A stretch of 64,000 nt of DNA from Octopus sinensis. Its lineage: Eukaryota. Within the stretch, counting starts at the first letter, position 1; each line of letters starts with the position of its first letter. The position numbers and the translations under genes are program-made. The stretch is from assembly GCF_006345805.1 (NCBI RefSeq), contig NW_021833024.1, forward strand, positions 186,001 to 250,000, given 5' to 3'. This document shows, piece after piece, positions 38,253 to 51,755 of the stretch. Below the pieces are notes generated by a model. It saw only the letters and a list, made by a program, of their open reading frames with translations, searched no databases and was not told the DNA's origin.

Positions 38253-40634
38253 ATGGATTCTGAAACATTGAATTTAAAAAATGCCGAAATGTACATAACC
38301 CGTGCCTACTCACACTGCTACAAGGACACAACTGAAGGACTCTATTCTGCTTTTTCCTGTTTTTTAGAAGCAGTCAAATTAGTTCCAAAGAATGCTCAAA
38401 TCTTCTTAAAATTTGGAGATTTTTTCCAATATTTCATGAACGATTCAAACCGTGCTTATTCTTGCTATGAAAGAGCCTACATTCTCGATTCCTTAGTACC
38501 AGAAATTGCCATTGCTTACCACGGAAGTAGTTTCGGTCTACTAAACAAAGATTCAAGTCAAAAATACCTTCAAAATTTCATTCGAAGTGAGTTTACTCCT
38601 GCAATGATCCCCGCACTCCGCAGACTGGCAATATTTTACATGTGTAATGGCGAATACTCCCAGTCTCTGCGGATTTGTGACCTAGCAATCGACATTGACA
38701 AAGATTGCTTCATTTTTGTAATGTTGAGAACAGAACTGATTCGACTCAGTGGAATGAGTCTGACTTTTAACCACAAATCTTTTCTCGAAAAGTCTCAGGA
38801 CATTCCCCAATGGAGGCTTTTAGTAAAACTGATTATTACAATCTCTTCCCTTAAAAGCGGGGACTTTGAAGAGATCGCCTCAACCCTTGAAGAATTGCTG
38901 AATTCAACCAACGAAGAATCGGAAGATTTGACGATTTTTAAAGTCCTTTATGCTGAAATTATGTGCTATTTGGGAGATGATTTGTTATCAGAAAATCGTT
39001 TTTTGGAAGCTTTTGACATTTATACAATTGCTTTCGACAGTCTCCGTGGTTTTTTATCCCAGGAAAGCAGAGATCAGAAAATAGTTCTGTTTTTGTTTGG
39101 TTATTCTGCGTTTCGTCTTTGTCAGTTATGTTTCCATCCCGATTCTCCTCCTGGCCATGAAACCCTTCAGACATACGTCAAGTTGAGTATTTGGGCCTTT
39201 GGTCATTTGGCCATCATGACCAGGCTGTGTTCTGCGTTTTATAACTGTGCTTTGGCTGCCTCATTTCTTTGGAGAATTAATGGAAATGAGAGTGCCCGTG
39301 ATTTGTCCGTGGGTTGTGCAGTCTCCTCTGTTTGTGAGAGTGGTGGGAGTTCTGATTCGTGGCTTCTTTTGGGGACTGTTGCTTACTTTTTCAAAGATTA
39401 CGTTCTCGCAGAAAAATCATTTTTCAAATCAATTGATGCTTCTCAACACAACGAACGTGCATTTGTCAATTTGGCTGTACTTTATTACACATGTGAGGAT
39501 TATGAGCACTCCTTTCGTGTTATTGAAATGTCCAAGAATGTTTCATTTTCTCGGGATAGTGAAATTATGTTAAAAATTCTTCTAATGAAAGCGGGCACTT
39601 CAGATCATTGGGAAATTTTTGATGGAATTGACAAGCATTTGATGGTAGCTATTAATGGCTTCAATCCATCAATTTTTACCTATCGATTTTTTGCTGTGCA
39701 CGTGGCGACAAAATTGTGTTCGATATCCTGTTTTCAGAATGGAAAAAAATATATTCCGTCCTGTAATATCACTAAGGATTCATCTCCAGAGGATCAAGTC
39801 ACTAAGGCCATTGAAGGTCTTTTTTATTATTTGGAGGCTCGACCCAACGATGCAATGGCTCAGTCTCTACTTGGGTCGTTCATGAATTTATTGGATTTCA
39901 AAACATCAGATGATCGGCATAAAATTGCTTTACAGCTCATCTCAGAAAAGAACGACGTATTTTCTCTCCTCCCCGAACAACTATCCAGCCTTGATTGTGC
40001 GGTTATACTTAACGCAATGAGAAGCCTTGTTGATGTCAGAATGACTGGAGAATATATTTCTTCTTTGGTCTCATATCCGGGCACTAATCAATGCGAATTA
40101 TTAAACGGATTTATTGGCTTGTACAACATTGGGGAGTACACTTCTGCACTGAATATATTAAATTTACTTCACCGTGATCCTTTCAGTTTTCGACTGCAGG
40201 GAATTACTATTTTTAAATGTGGGAGACCAAATGATGCCCTTGACTATTTGCTGAAGGTCAAATGTCCAGAATTAGTTTATGATATTTTCTATTTGTCCTT
40301 TCTACTGAAAAATCAAGACTCTGCATATCAGGCATTCAAAATCATTTCTGCCAAAAAAAGTCTTGAAGCTCTGTTTGTGAAAAGTTTATGGAAGTTCATG
40401 TCAGGAGACAGGTCCCCCATTTGTAATCTGGGTAATATACAACTTCGTTCTTTTTATAAAATGGGGAAGAATGATTTTATTCAGTATTATCTGGCACTAT
40501 TATCCAATGAAGTGAGAATTGCAGACCTACCCATTTTTCGACGTATGGTTGGTCAGTGTGAAACTCCACCGATGTGTTTGCCTCCACAGCTCTTGCAAGC
40601 TTTTCAGAAACATTATTACTTGTCTCCGCCTTAG
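38253..40634 (+). CDS. TTC37: TPR protein TTC37/SKI3 (SKI complex), intronless, N-terminally short
   Basis: 2.4-kb ORF with TPRs. CFLEAVKLVP..FLKFGDFF..DSNRAYSCYERAYILD and HNERAFVNLAVLY resemble SKI3/TTC37 middle TPRs. Confidence 0.75.
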   Translation: MDSETLNLKNAEMYITRAYSHCYKDTTEGLYSAFSCFLEAVKLVPKNAQIFLKFGDFFQYFMNDSNRAYSCYERAYILDSLVPEIAIAYHGSSFGLLNKDSSQKYLQNFIRSEFTPAMIPALRRLAIFYMCNGEYSQSLRICDLAIDIDKDCFIFVMLRTELIRLSGMSLTFNHKSFLEKSQDIPQWRLLVKLIITISSLKSGDFEEIASTLEELLNSTNEESEDLTIFKVLYAEIMCYLGDDLLSENRFLEAFDIYTIAFDSLRGFLSQESRDQKIVLFLFGYSAFRLCQLCFHPDSPPGHETLQTYVKLSIWAFGHLAIMTRLCSAFYNCALAASFLWRINGNESARDLSVGCAVSSVCESGGSSDSWLLLGTVAYFFKDYVLAEKSFFKSIDASQHNERAFVNLAVLYYTCEDYEHSFRVIEMSKNVSFSRDSEIMLKILLMKAGTSDHWEIFDGIDKHLMVAINGFNPSIFTYRFFAVHVATKLCSISCFQNGKKYIPSCNITKDSSPEDQVTKAIEGLFYYLEARPNDAMAQSLLGSFMNLLDFKTSDDRHKIALQLISEKNDVFSLLPEQLSSLDCAVILNAMRSLVDVRMTGEYISSLVSYPGTNQCELLNGFIGLYNIGEYTSALNILNLLHRDPFSFRLQGITIFKCGRPNDALDYLLKVKCPELVYDIFYLSFLLKNQDSAYQAFKIISAKKSLEALFVKSLWKFMSGDRSPICNLGNIQLRSFYKMGKNDFIQYYLALLSNEVRIADLPIFRRMVGQCETPPMCLPPQLLQAFQKHYYLSPP

Positions 40635-40699
40635 TTCTTATTTTTACCGTTACTGAAATTTTTCTTTGTTTTATTATATGTGGCTTCTTTTTTAATAAA

Positions 40700-41022
40700 G
40701 GCGTATTTATTACGATAATAAATACGCAATACAATTAGCTAATTAATTGTAATTTACTAGAAGTTAATAAAGCCATCCATCCGAAGTGGACCCCGCCAAC
40801 ATAATTGACGTTGCGTTGCCTCTTACGATAGCAACGGAGATCAACTGGAGAAGCCACCGGGTCTCACGTGTGTCGTGGCTTTTTAATGTGGCTAAGCGTC
40901 CAAGCTTCTTTAGGAAGTGAAGCGATTTCCCACTTATTCCTCCAGTTGTCTCGACCACAATCGGACAGAACACGAATCGGTCTCGCAGCGCTTCATATTT
41001 TCTCTTCTTCGCCCTCATCGTT
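40700..41022 (-). mobile_element. 5'-truncated CRE-type retrotransposon
   Basis: Nearly identical to 35067-35320. Confidence 0.92.
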
Positions 41023-41087
41023 TTTTCTTTATTTAGTTAGTATTATGTTTCTGATATATATGTCTTTTAATATCGAAATAGAGTATT

Positions 41088-43279
41088 TATTTAACCCCAT
41101 TTCCACTTGAAATTGGAGGCACGAAGAAAACCGACAGACCTCTTAGGGTCACATCATAAGTTAAGGAAGGAGTTAATTTTATATGATCTTCTTATAACGG
41201 TAGGGTTTTTCCAATCCAGGACAATGTGCTGTGTGTCGTTCGTCATGGCAGATTGGACATGATGGATCAACGTCCTTATCTAGTTTGTTTTGATAGTCGA
41301 GGAGTAAAGGGTGATGCCCACAGCGAAATCTTGCTAGTTCGACCCGATCTTTGAGGCTGAGATTTTTTTCAGCTGAGTTTATTTTGGGGGGTGATTGTTG
41401 AGAATTTAGTTATTAGTTCTTTTATTTCCGATGGCTTTTTGTTGGAGAATTAGTTTAGGATACGGCAGTAGTGGAGTGTTGGTGTGTTTTTGATGTTTCT
41501 GTGAGATTGTGACTTGGGTGGTTTTTGATTATATTTGCGGAGACGAAGAATTGGGTTCCACAGATGTCGAAATGGTCTGCAAGTTTGATCATGTTAGTTT
41601 CCTGATGCATATGGTCGGTCGGAGTAGACTTCATACAGCCCTTAACGATTTTGAGTGTCTAGTTTTGGATTTATTGTAACTTCTGAAGGAGTGTATTTGA
41701 CAGCGGTCCAAATAACCATTCAGGGTATCAATGAATGGTTGAACTTGGCGACAGGTGCAGAGATACATTTTCGGGTGGTGTAGGAATGTCACTTAGGTAA
41801 GTGTTGAAAAGTATGGGGGATAGGACTGAGCCCTGAGGTACTCCATTGGGAGGATTCGTGTATTTGAGCGTTTTTTGTTGAGTTGGACATAACCTTGTCC
41901 TCCTGGACAGCCATTGTTTTTAGTTATCGATATTTGTGTTGATGATTTTGTTTATTAGTGGGAGACGCGGAATTGAGTCAAAAGCTTTGCTTAGGTCCAG
42001 AGTGATTAATATTGTCCGAAGGGGAAAGTTTTTTGTTGAATCCGTTTGATATTGTTTGTGTCATATTTGTGAGTAGTTGTCGTTGAATGATGTTGTCTGA
42101 AGCCATGTTGCGATTTGGCAATTGGAAGTTTATGAGATATTCTGTTTAAAATTAGACGTTCCATTATTTTTGAGGAGGTGCACAGAAGTGTGATTGGTCT
42201 GTATTATGGGTCGGCAGCGGGAATTCACGTGGGATGGTGTTTGATATTTTGATCTATGATAACCCAGACCTTTGAGATGGAAACTGTTAATGTTGTTGGG
42301 TCCAGTTGGATGGAATTGTTTGAGATTGGCAATTACGTTTTTTACTTCTTTTTGGGTGAATGGATTGGAATTGTGGTCAAGGGGGTATTTCTGTGCTCGT
42401 GGTTTGTGTGAGTGACAGTCTCGTTTTCGGTAGCTGATGTTCTTAAGTGTTTCACCAACAGATTGGCATCTTCTTTGTCAGTTAGTAAACCATTTTTGGA
42501 TTTTATAGACTTATGGGTTTCTCCATTGTTGAAGTTAACGATTCGGTTTATTGTTAGAAAAGTGTTTTTGTTTTTTATTTGAGGGTATTGGCGAACTGAC
42601 GCCAGTTTTCTTTTTTCCTTTCCTTGAGTTTGTTAGATATCTTCTTGTTTAGTTTCCTTAGTCAATATCCGTGATTCCTGACCGAGACGTATTGTGTTTA
42701 AGGTTTTCACGAGTTTTCATTAAATCTGGTATTTCCTTGGTGTAGTTCGGGTTGTATTTCCTTATGTTCCCCAACGGGATGTATCTTTTCGATGCCTTCG
42801 AGATAATATTGGTGAAAAGCTTGTTGGATTTATGTATATTTGACAGGCGTTTGTCCCCGGTAATTTCCAAGAAAAGTTTTCCGGTTTCGTTTTATAGAGG
42901 CTCCATTTGGCTCTTTTGTAGTTTATGAACGTGTTATTATTCGGAATGTTAATTAGGGCATGAGCTTGTATTATGATTGGTGTATTATCTAATGGTAGTT
43001 GATTGATTGTGTTCAATGTGGTATTTGATGTTAGATTTGGAAAGCAGAAGGAGATATCCGGAGAGGTGGTGTTGTGGTTTGATTGGTATGGTTGGTGGGT
43101 GTATTTTTTGGGGTTGTTGAGGATGAATAGATTGTTTAATTGTTACATATTAGGTTGCTGCGAAAGTTGTTAGAGTTTGATTTATACTAGGATGTGCTGT
43201 GTGCATTGAAGTCCTCAACGAGAAGAAGATTATTCATTTCGTTGAAAGTTTCAAAATGAGGATTGTATGAGCATGGAAG
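41088..43279 (-). mobile_element. 5'-truncated LINE (end of APE + RT + C-terminal Zn region) with 27-bp TSD
   Basis: GDISF NAH-like and RPITLL, DLSKAFDS, PQGSVLSP RT motifs (decayed); flanked by TGTCTTTTAATATCG[A/G]AATAGAGTATT at 41061-41087 and 43280-43306. Confidence 0.9.
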
Positions 43280-43639
43280 TGTCTTTTAATATCGGAATAG
43301 AGTATTAACTATTTGTAGTTTAAAAAAATGTTTTTAGATTGTGATAAATGTCGAATAATTATTTAAGTACTTGATATTCGAGTCTTAGTTATTTTTCTGA
43401 ATTTTTGTTCAGAGAATGATTTACAGCAAACAATTTAACTTAGATCGCAAAAATATTTAATATCCACGTACAAAAAAACATTTCAGAGCTCGAACAAAGC
43501 ATTCCGGACTGTCTGAAAATAAAAACAGATAAAAGACCATTAATCACTGACTTTTAGTAACAATTTAGAAAGTCAGAAACTGTGACTATATTTGTGGATT
43601 ATTTCCTGCAGCTATATTTAAGTTTAATCATTATGGTTT

Positions 43640-44402
43640 CGACAGTCTTTTTCACCACACTGATTGAATAAAAGTTTTTGTTAACTCCTAAATAGACAGT
43701 TTATAATCTTTACTTGATAATCTTCGATCTCAATTTGTGGAACTAATATATGCAGACGACATTGATTTTGTATCCGATGATGTGGAGATTCTAAGAGCTG
43801 TAGTAGACAGGGCTACAACAGATTTGAAGAGGTGATCCCTGTCGACTCAAAATGATGAGAAGTGGAGGTCTACTAAAAGGCTCTGGTTGCTTTTGGGCGA
43901 TGCTGAGGACATTGCCCGCAGAAAAATTTTAACTTCATGTGCACTAAAAAAGATTTGGAGTATCTGATCTTCGGACACGCTTGTATTATGCGTTCGTACA
44001 ACCAATCTTAGTATACAACTCGGGAACATGGGGAACATCGAAAATGGACTTTGACAAACTAGACGCTTTTCTAGACGCTTTTCATTGAGAAAAATCGCGG
44101 GTATAAAATGGCCGCAGACCATCAAAAAAGACATTCTCTACAAATTGTGTGAATGCAAGCCGATTATTAAGGAAGTAACTACTTCACGTTGGAGACTTTT
44201 CGGACATGTCTTGAGAATGGAAGGGATGATTACGCGAGAATTGGCGTCCGACTTAAAACTAGTGACGATCTTGAGGACATTCGCAAACGCGCGAGGAACA
44301 AGGCGGGATGGAAGAGAGAAGATAGTTGAGAGTACGGCATGAGCGAAACCTTAGCCGCTTACGTGATTATGGCAATACGGAAGTGCCATTAACTAACTAA
44401 CA
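43640..44402 (+). mobile_element. RTE LINE 3' fragment with (TAAC)n tail
   Basis: LIYADDIDF, RKIAGIKWP, RWRLFGHVLRM; ends TTAACTAACTAAC. Confidence 0.9.
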
Positions 44403-44945
44403 ACATCAACATGATTTAGGCGATAGTGGTAAGTTATTCCCATTTCATTTAAGGCTATCATATTTTAGTCTTGTTGTAACAAAAATGTCGAGTTTGTTAA
44501 ACTGACCTTTGTTTAAGTCAGAATAAACGTATCAACTCTAATTTTAACAATCTGTGTTGACAGTATTTACTTTCTTAATTTTAATGTCATTGTTGCGGCA
44601 CAGATAAAAATATTCTTGTAGTCTGAAAACAATTACAAGCTAATCTCGTAGTGATGACAGTCCGATGGGTATCGTTCCAGATCCTTGAAAAGTGACCTTC
44701 TTTTCCCCGAAGACTTTAAAGTTGAAGAAAGCCAGCATAAATCGAAAGTTTCAAAAAAGTGAAAATTTGAGACACGTCACCAACCTCAATCAAACAATAT
44801 ATTTTAATTCAAAGTAAAATTCCAAAATTAACGAGTTATCTGCCGGCGTTTATTCATCGCAAATTTATTTTATTATAGTTTCAAATAAAAAAATTAGTCG
44901 AATTTTTAAATCAATTGACAATTATCACATTCCTTGTTAGGAGTA

Positions 44946-46657
44946 ATGGATGAATGTTCATTCGACGACATTCAACAATTCCTCGCAGAAGATGAGACAA
45001 AAAAGTCGATGACAAACGAAGAATCAAAAAATGAAATCACAAGCCAATTATCATCTTTGACACCACAAAATGAAGAAAAAGATTTTTTTCCAGTTCTATC
45101 CGACGAAGACGGAGAAAAAGGTGATATTAACATATCCTTATATTTAGTCCCTTCGGAAACCGAGGATACCCTACTCAGCAAATTAGTAAAATTGAACATA
45201 AAGTAAATGTAATTTAAATCAATTAAAGAAATTCGAGAGTATCTCACAAACTATTAACTCAGTTATTTACTGGAAAACAAGCAATATTATTAAAAAATTT
45301 AAAAATGTCGACAAACCTGAGTGAGGATTGGATTGTGAGTGGAGTCCTCACATTCAAGTCAGCCCATAAAACTACCAGCACTGTAATTTTATTTCACTAT
45401 TTTAGGGGACACCTTACTCTATTTGGAAATTGAGCGATCTTGAACCTTCGGAGAGCAATATGACTTTATTTTTATGGTCTTTTACAAAAAAGCAACTCGG
45501 TCTACCTCTGGGGAGTGTCCTGGCTATTTTGAATCCAGAGGCTTTTAAGAAACACTCAGTTGTGGACGATTTTTATCCTAGGACGACCAAAATGCCACAT
45601 TTTCCATTAATAACTACAAAAAAGTGCTTTATATTGGAATGTCTTCTGACTATAGCAAGTGCAAGGGGACGACCTTAAATGGCGGAAATTGCCAAAACGC
45701 GGTCAACCGGTAATTTGACGTTGATTATGTTATCAGGTCACATGGACAGTACTGTGTTCATCACGTGCAAAAACAGTACAAACGAATGTCTTCTTCCCGA
45801 TCTGAATTACAATGTGTGTATGTTCTATGTATATTCTTCTCTAGAATGAGTGGTCGGATTGCTCGGGATCACAAAAAAGCTCAAAAAACGGTTTCCAGAG
45901 TTGAAAAACCTCCCAAAAGGCAGGCCGGACTTAGTTTGTATATTTGTTGTGTTCACTAAGTAAGTGAGAATGCGGTGAGCGGATATTCCGAGAATGTTTC
46001 CCAGCGGACTAACATGTTGATGTCTCCTTTTTTTACAAAAAATAAAGAAGTGGTGGACAAAGTTGAACCTGCGAAGGAAATTCCGTTATTAAATGGAGGA
46101 CGCACAGGAGGGCGGGTTGTTCTAGAAAAGAGTAGGACAGCGGCAGATGTATTTGGAGACGAGTGGAAGAACATGAAGGATGCCAAACCTTTGTCTAAAT
46201 CATCAACCCAGCGCGTTAGTTTTCAGAATTTGAGTTTAGTTTGAGAATATTCAATTGGATGCACTTTTCCGCGGATTGGGGGAACGTGAGCGTATGGAAG
46301 ATAAAATGTCTTCGATTAAAGAAAGGAAATTTAATGTAGTCTCCTGTTCTAAGGTGATTGTGTGTCTCGAACCCTCAGTGTGATTACACAGCAGTGAGTC
46401 AGTCTAATTTGTGTCGTAAATTGGGGCACACTGTCTCTCGTTCTGAGGCTTTAATGCGATATTTTTCGTGTAGGGGCTGTTCGAAAGGATATACTCAATG
46501 TTTTGGAAAGTATCCGAAGGAAGCCTGTCGGTATTTTTGAATATCATTTGAGAGAGTGTGTAAGTGTGTGAGTTGGAAAAGAGACTCGATGCTGTCTACG
46601 ATGAAGAAAAAATCTGAGGAGAATGGAGATGTTCTTCGTATCACATCTGAGCCTTAA
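44946..46657 (+). CDS. MCM10: MCM10 replication initiation factor
   Basis: EDWIVSGV (OB fold), GQYCVHHVQKQYKRMSSSRSELQ, and C-terminal Zn fingers C..CDYTA..C...GH..RYFSCRGC..P..AC.VC....WKR. Confidence 0.92.
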
Positions 46658-48118
46658 CATTTTTATTTTTTTAATTCAATTGTCTGTTTGAGATTTATAT
46701 TTTTCAATTTTTTGTCAGCTAGTCATTCATTTAATCAACAAATATTTTGAAATGATTAAAGGTTTATTCATTACTAATGAAATCTGAAAGTTTAAGAAGA
46801 CGATGAAAAACAATTCAATAAATAGATCTATCTTAAAATATATTGAAATTAAAAATACCTCATACGGATTCTGAATAAAATGTCAAAAACTTTCTAGCGT
46901 TTGATCAGCCGACCTATAATAAAAAACTTACAAGAAAGAGAAACTAATAGACGTCATGATTCCGAATTAATTAGAATAACTAACTTTCTAATTGATTCAC
47001 TTAAAAAAAAATAGACTAACTTTTTGCTCTTAAAAAACTGTTTAGCTGGCACAAGCAAAGCTTAGACACATACGTGCCTCTGTCGTATCAGAAGCTGCTA
47101 AAAAATACTTAATGCAAAAGGTACCGGTAAACGAACAGATTTTCTAAATTTTTTAAACTTTAACAAAAATTTTCGGCTTGGTGTATATAAAAATCAATAA
47201 TGCGCCCCGCATTGCCGTCGCTCGCTACATAATAGCAGACTAACTAAATATAATTATGAGGGGAAAGAAATTAAAGTTTAAAGAGATTTAAAACCAAGGT
47301 GCATCAGAATTATCCAAATAAAATATGCAGGGACCTGGCAATCAACTCCAATGTAACTCTTGTGGTGTATAATGTCAACTATGAATAATGTCAACTATGA
47401 ATTTTAATAATGAACGTATTAATTTGAAAATATTAAAAACCAACCATTTCATATAAAGGACTTATTCGATTCCTTATTTTTATACCTGTAGCATCTCCAA
47501 AACGTAAAAGTGTTAACGTTCTACGAAAGAGTTTCTGAAAAGGTAATTTTTCTTCGGCTTCATAAGACTGTTGTTGATCAAGTCGGAAATCCTCGTCGCG
47601 AGTGTCTTCGCCTACTACCTAGCCAGTTGTCCACGAGAGGTCCTGATTGACGAAATCATAAAAATCCGGGTTATACCTGGGCACACAATTTTAGATAAGT
47701 AATGATAGCCACTGTGTAGTCGAATGTTTGCTAATTTGATGGCTTACTTTTAATATTTGTTAAATACCTATGTCCTTTGTGGCGATGTCCTTTAATTTTT
47801 GCTATCCTCTCATGTATAAACTTTCGCACGTCATTTAATAATAATTTATGACTCATAAATTATCATTATAAACATGTAGAAGTTTTTTCCTCATGTGGGA
47901 AAGTCTGGTAGTTTTTTTGGCAAAAGTGTCGGAAAATAAATGTCCTGGTTATTTCTCGCTCCAGTTGATAACGTTGTCTGAAGGAGTCCTTTTTTGTCAA
48001 CAGTCACAGGGAGCCTGTTTTCGAAATTAAATTTATATTGTTAATAATTAATTTCTTTAATAATTTTAGGTGGCTAACCCTGAATTTATTTGACTGAAAA
48101 ATATGTTCCACGTCTCTA

Positions 48119-48997
48119 ATGTCAAGTCTGTTACTTTTTTTAGCATTATCTTTTCAAACTCTGTGCAACCAAGTTGATGATATGAAAACGTTATTGGGAA
48201 ACGTGGATCTAAGCGACGAAGAGTCGGTTGAAACAAGAATAGAGTATTGTCTTTGTGGTAAAGAATTAGCCGCATGATTGAGAATGCGGACATCAATTCA
48301 GACAGTCTAATTGATCACAAGGAACTTGTGGAGTGGCTCAACAAACTTTCTTTAAACGAAACTCTCGAATTTGTCGACTTGGACTTTGAAGAAATAAACC
48401 CTGCTCAAGAAGGAATAAGCGCGGCCGAGTATTTCCAATTTCGGGGACAGGAATTTGAGGAGGACTATTTACAAGAAGAATTCTCACTGGCGGACGTAGA
48501 CGGGGACGGATACCTCAGTCGGGAGGAATATTTAATCCTCCTCAACCCCCAGGAAACACGTGGACTGAAGGAGTTTTATATTAAAGTCTGTCGCACTAAT
48601 ATATCACTAGCAAATCATTAAACATTCGGACACGGACGGCGACGGAAAGATCAGTCTGGCGGAGAAGCTAGGTACTCCTCAGATGACCAATGTTTACAGG
48701 TGAGATCAGTAAAGGGACAGAAGAGGACATTAGTGAACAGAAACAATTGCTTATAAAGCAATTCGAGGAACAGATCGACCTCAATTCGGACGGATTTGCT
48801 GATGTGGGCGAATTGGCCGAGTACCTCTTCCCTGGGGCAGAGTTCCACAACGACAGAGCGCGGGAAATATTAGAATACATTGACGAAAATAAAGTTAATG
48901 TTGTCGGATTATTTTTTAGGATGGTTTCATCGATGTTCGGGAATTGAGACACAAATCTCGCCAGGCTGTCGAGAACGAGTACATGGACGAATTATAA
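48119..48997 (+). CDS. CREC-family secretory-pathway EF-hand protein (reticulocalbin/calumenin-like)
   Basis: Signal peptide MSSLLLFLALSF, about six EF-hand loops (DINSDSLID, DVDGDGYLS, DTDGDGKIS, DLNSDGFAD, DENKDGFID), C-terminal MDEL; 4 introns. Confidence 0.88.
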
Positions 48998-49903
48998 TAA
49001 TTTATTTAACGAGAGTTTGTTTGGTTTTTGAGGTAGTCAGTACTCAGCCCCTATTTAATTCCTGTTGAATAAAAATTATTTCAAAAATATCAAGCATTCC
49101 AGGACCCCATTGAGAAAATTAGAATCATATTTGACACATTTATAAAAACAGATGTAGTCTTGAACAAATTAAGCCTAATTTTTTGATGCATGAAAAGATA
49201 AGGAATCAAATTTTCTTAGGTATTGTTTATAAGGCATGTTGCCTCCGTGAATTTATTATATAGTCCTAGTCACAAAATTTTATACTCCCTTATGGTCGAT
49301 CTAACCTCGATTGATAAGACTACTTGATCCATAAAGCAAATGGAGAGGGGAGTATTTTTAGCCAGAAAAATGACAATTAAGAGGAGATAATTTAATATCT
49401 GTAATTTTTGTTTCACGGAGCTTGCCGGAATTTAAAAATTATCAGTTATTATTTATATTGGTGATTTCATATTAATATATTTTAGGTACTTAAACAGAAG
49501 ATTTCGTCTGATCAATAAACACACTTGACTGAACTGATCGAAGTTCACAATTTTTGTAGTAATCAATAATTTAAATTCAAGGTTTAATTTTTTAGTGTCT
49601 ATGTTGAATCTGTAGTCAACATTCTGTAAAGACTTGGCTATGATGATCTGTAAAATATACATAACTGAGTTTAATCGTAAGAAAAGAGTTTATAGTTTGC
49701 TTTTTCAACAAAATAAACTGCTCTCTCAACAAATAGAGAATATTCTGTACGAACGTGACTTTCCCCTATCGCTAGACCACTAGTATAATTTCATCAATTT
49801 AATCATAATAAAATCAGATTTTTAAGTATATTATTGGACGTTTTTTAGGGTAAACAAATTTTTTGACAATCATAACCACCTTGACTGCCGAAAAGACAAT
49901 TTA

Positions 49904-50770
49904 CAGTGGGGCAAATAAGTAATGGAACGCCCCTCTTTTTTTAAATTTGACGTGTTTTATAATGATAACTATTTTTGATAGCTTTTATAACTTAACCAAA
50001 ATGCACCATACCTACCATAAAGCACAGGAAGGAAGTATCATGCTATGGGGCTGTTTTTCATCAACAGGCGTCGGTGAATTATTTGTAATAGATGGAATAA
50101 TGAATTCGCTCAAATATTGCGAAATCCTGGAAGAATGTCTGTTTTGTTTATTATTATTATTATTTAAGCCAAACAAAATCACCGTCTTAACCATTAACTA
50201 ACACGTTCAGGTGATTCCGACACTTTCCAACAGTTCGGTCCCTAAATTAAATTTAACACAACAATGGACATTCCAGCATGACAACGACCCACTACATAGA
50301 TCAAAAATGGTTACTAAGAAACAAAATAAATGTTTTGGAATGGCCAAGTCAATCACCAGACCTCAATCCAATCGAACATTGATGGAAAATTTTAAAAATG
50401 AAAGTTGGTTTAAGGAAACTGAAAAACATTCACGAATTAAAAACAATTTGCTATAAAGAATGAGAATGTCAGAAGCTTATTTATCCTTCCCAAAAAAGAT
50501 TGGAAGTACTATTAGCAAAAGGGAATGGAACTAAATATTAATTTGATTTCGTTCCATGACTTTTTTCCTTCATTAAATTAACTTTTACAAAAAAATCGCT
50601 AATTATTGCAAAACAAATAACTCGAGTTAGTATAGTTTTTTGAATGATTAATCTAAAATGTCTTATATTTCTAATTTCTTTTTTAAACTACATTATTTAA
50701 TGTTATTTTCGAGGAGAATTATCAAATTAAGTAAAAACATGAAGCGTTCCATGACATTTTTGCTTCACTG
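49904..50770 (+). mobile_element. Internally deleted Tc1-like element
   Basis: TIRs CAGTGGGGCAAATAAGTAATGGAACGC / imperfect inverse, TA flanks; [30 protein letters not shown]. Confidence 0.92.
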
Positions 50771-51755
50771 TATTACCAACGTTGGCAAAAATGTTTGGTA
50801 GTATCCACTTCATAAGTTCATAACTTATTATCCACATCATAAGTGCTATGGATAATCAATTTTTTCGAAATTAAAAAAAGATTTTTGGCTAAATTGTAGA
50901 TTTTGAGTGAGGAGAATCTCAATTTAATAATAACTCCCCACAAAATAATCGCTGTCAACAAAATTTATAGCCTTCAAAATATTAATATTTTAAGGATTCG
51001 TTGAATTAAAGCCATCTACTGTCAGATATGTACTTAGTGAGTATCAATCTATCAGCGATTTTTTTGTAAATGTCTCAAAAAATCAAACATATTAACAGAG
51101 CAGAAAATAATAAATACGAGTTTACTTTGATGAGTTTTACTTTAACTTCCTGTTTATTCTATCATCACTTATATCATGGGAGACAGATATTTAGATAATC
51201 TCATGTTGACTGAAGAACTTAAAATATGTGCTATCAACGATAGTTTTATTTCATATAGACTTTAACTATATTTTTTAGAAATGATCCAACACCAATGCCT
51301 TCCCCATATTGACTATAGAAATGATGGTGACAATGGGCAAGGTCTCCAGTAAGCAGTACCAGCAGTTTCTCCTTGTTTTTTTAAAGTATGTTTGAATAAA
51401 AATAACGATGAAGTAGCTGAGCGTCAAAGATTGTACAAGATGAATTGATTTTGTGATTTTTGAGTTATAAAAAATGTTATTTGATTTTTTGGATTACCGA
51501 ATGACAACCTTGCCCTTCAAGCGTAAAAAGTCACTTTATGGCTTACTCACCTAACACCTACTTTCCTAAACTTTTAAGCAGTGACTCCGGGAATCAATGG
51601 GAGCCCAGATTTATAATGAAATCAAACTCTACAGAACATTCAAATTCTAAATTTTAAATGAACAATAGATTTTCTTTTTATTTTTAATTAGTTAGACAAC
51701 GAATTAAATATTGTGGAATTAATTGAATTATAGTTTCTAAGCAATAATAAAAGTC

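Noticed and set aside
47480-48010. Gene-like minus-strand sequence divergent from the CREC gene
   Set aside because: I could not assemble a stop-free spliced frame or recognise a family; possibly a pseudogene or TE relic.
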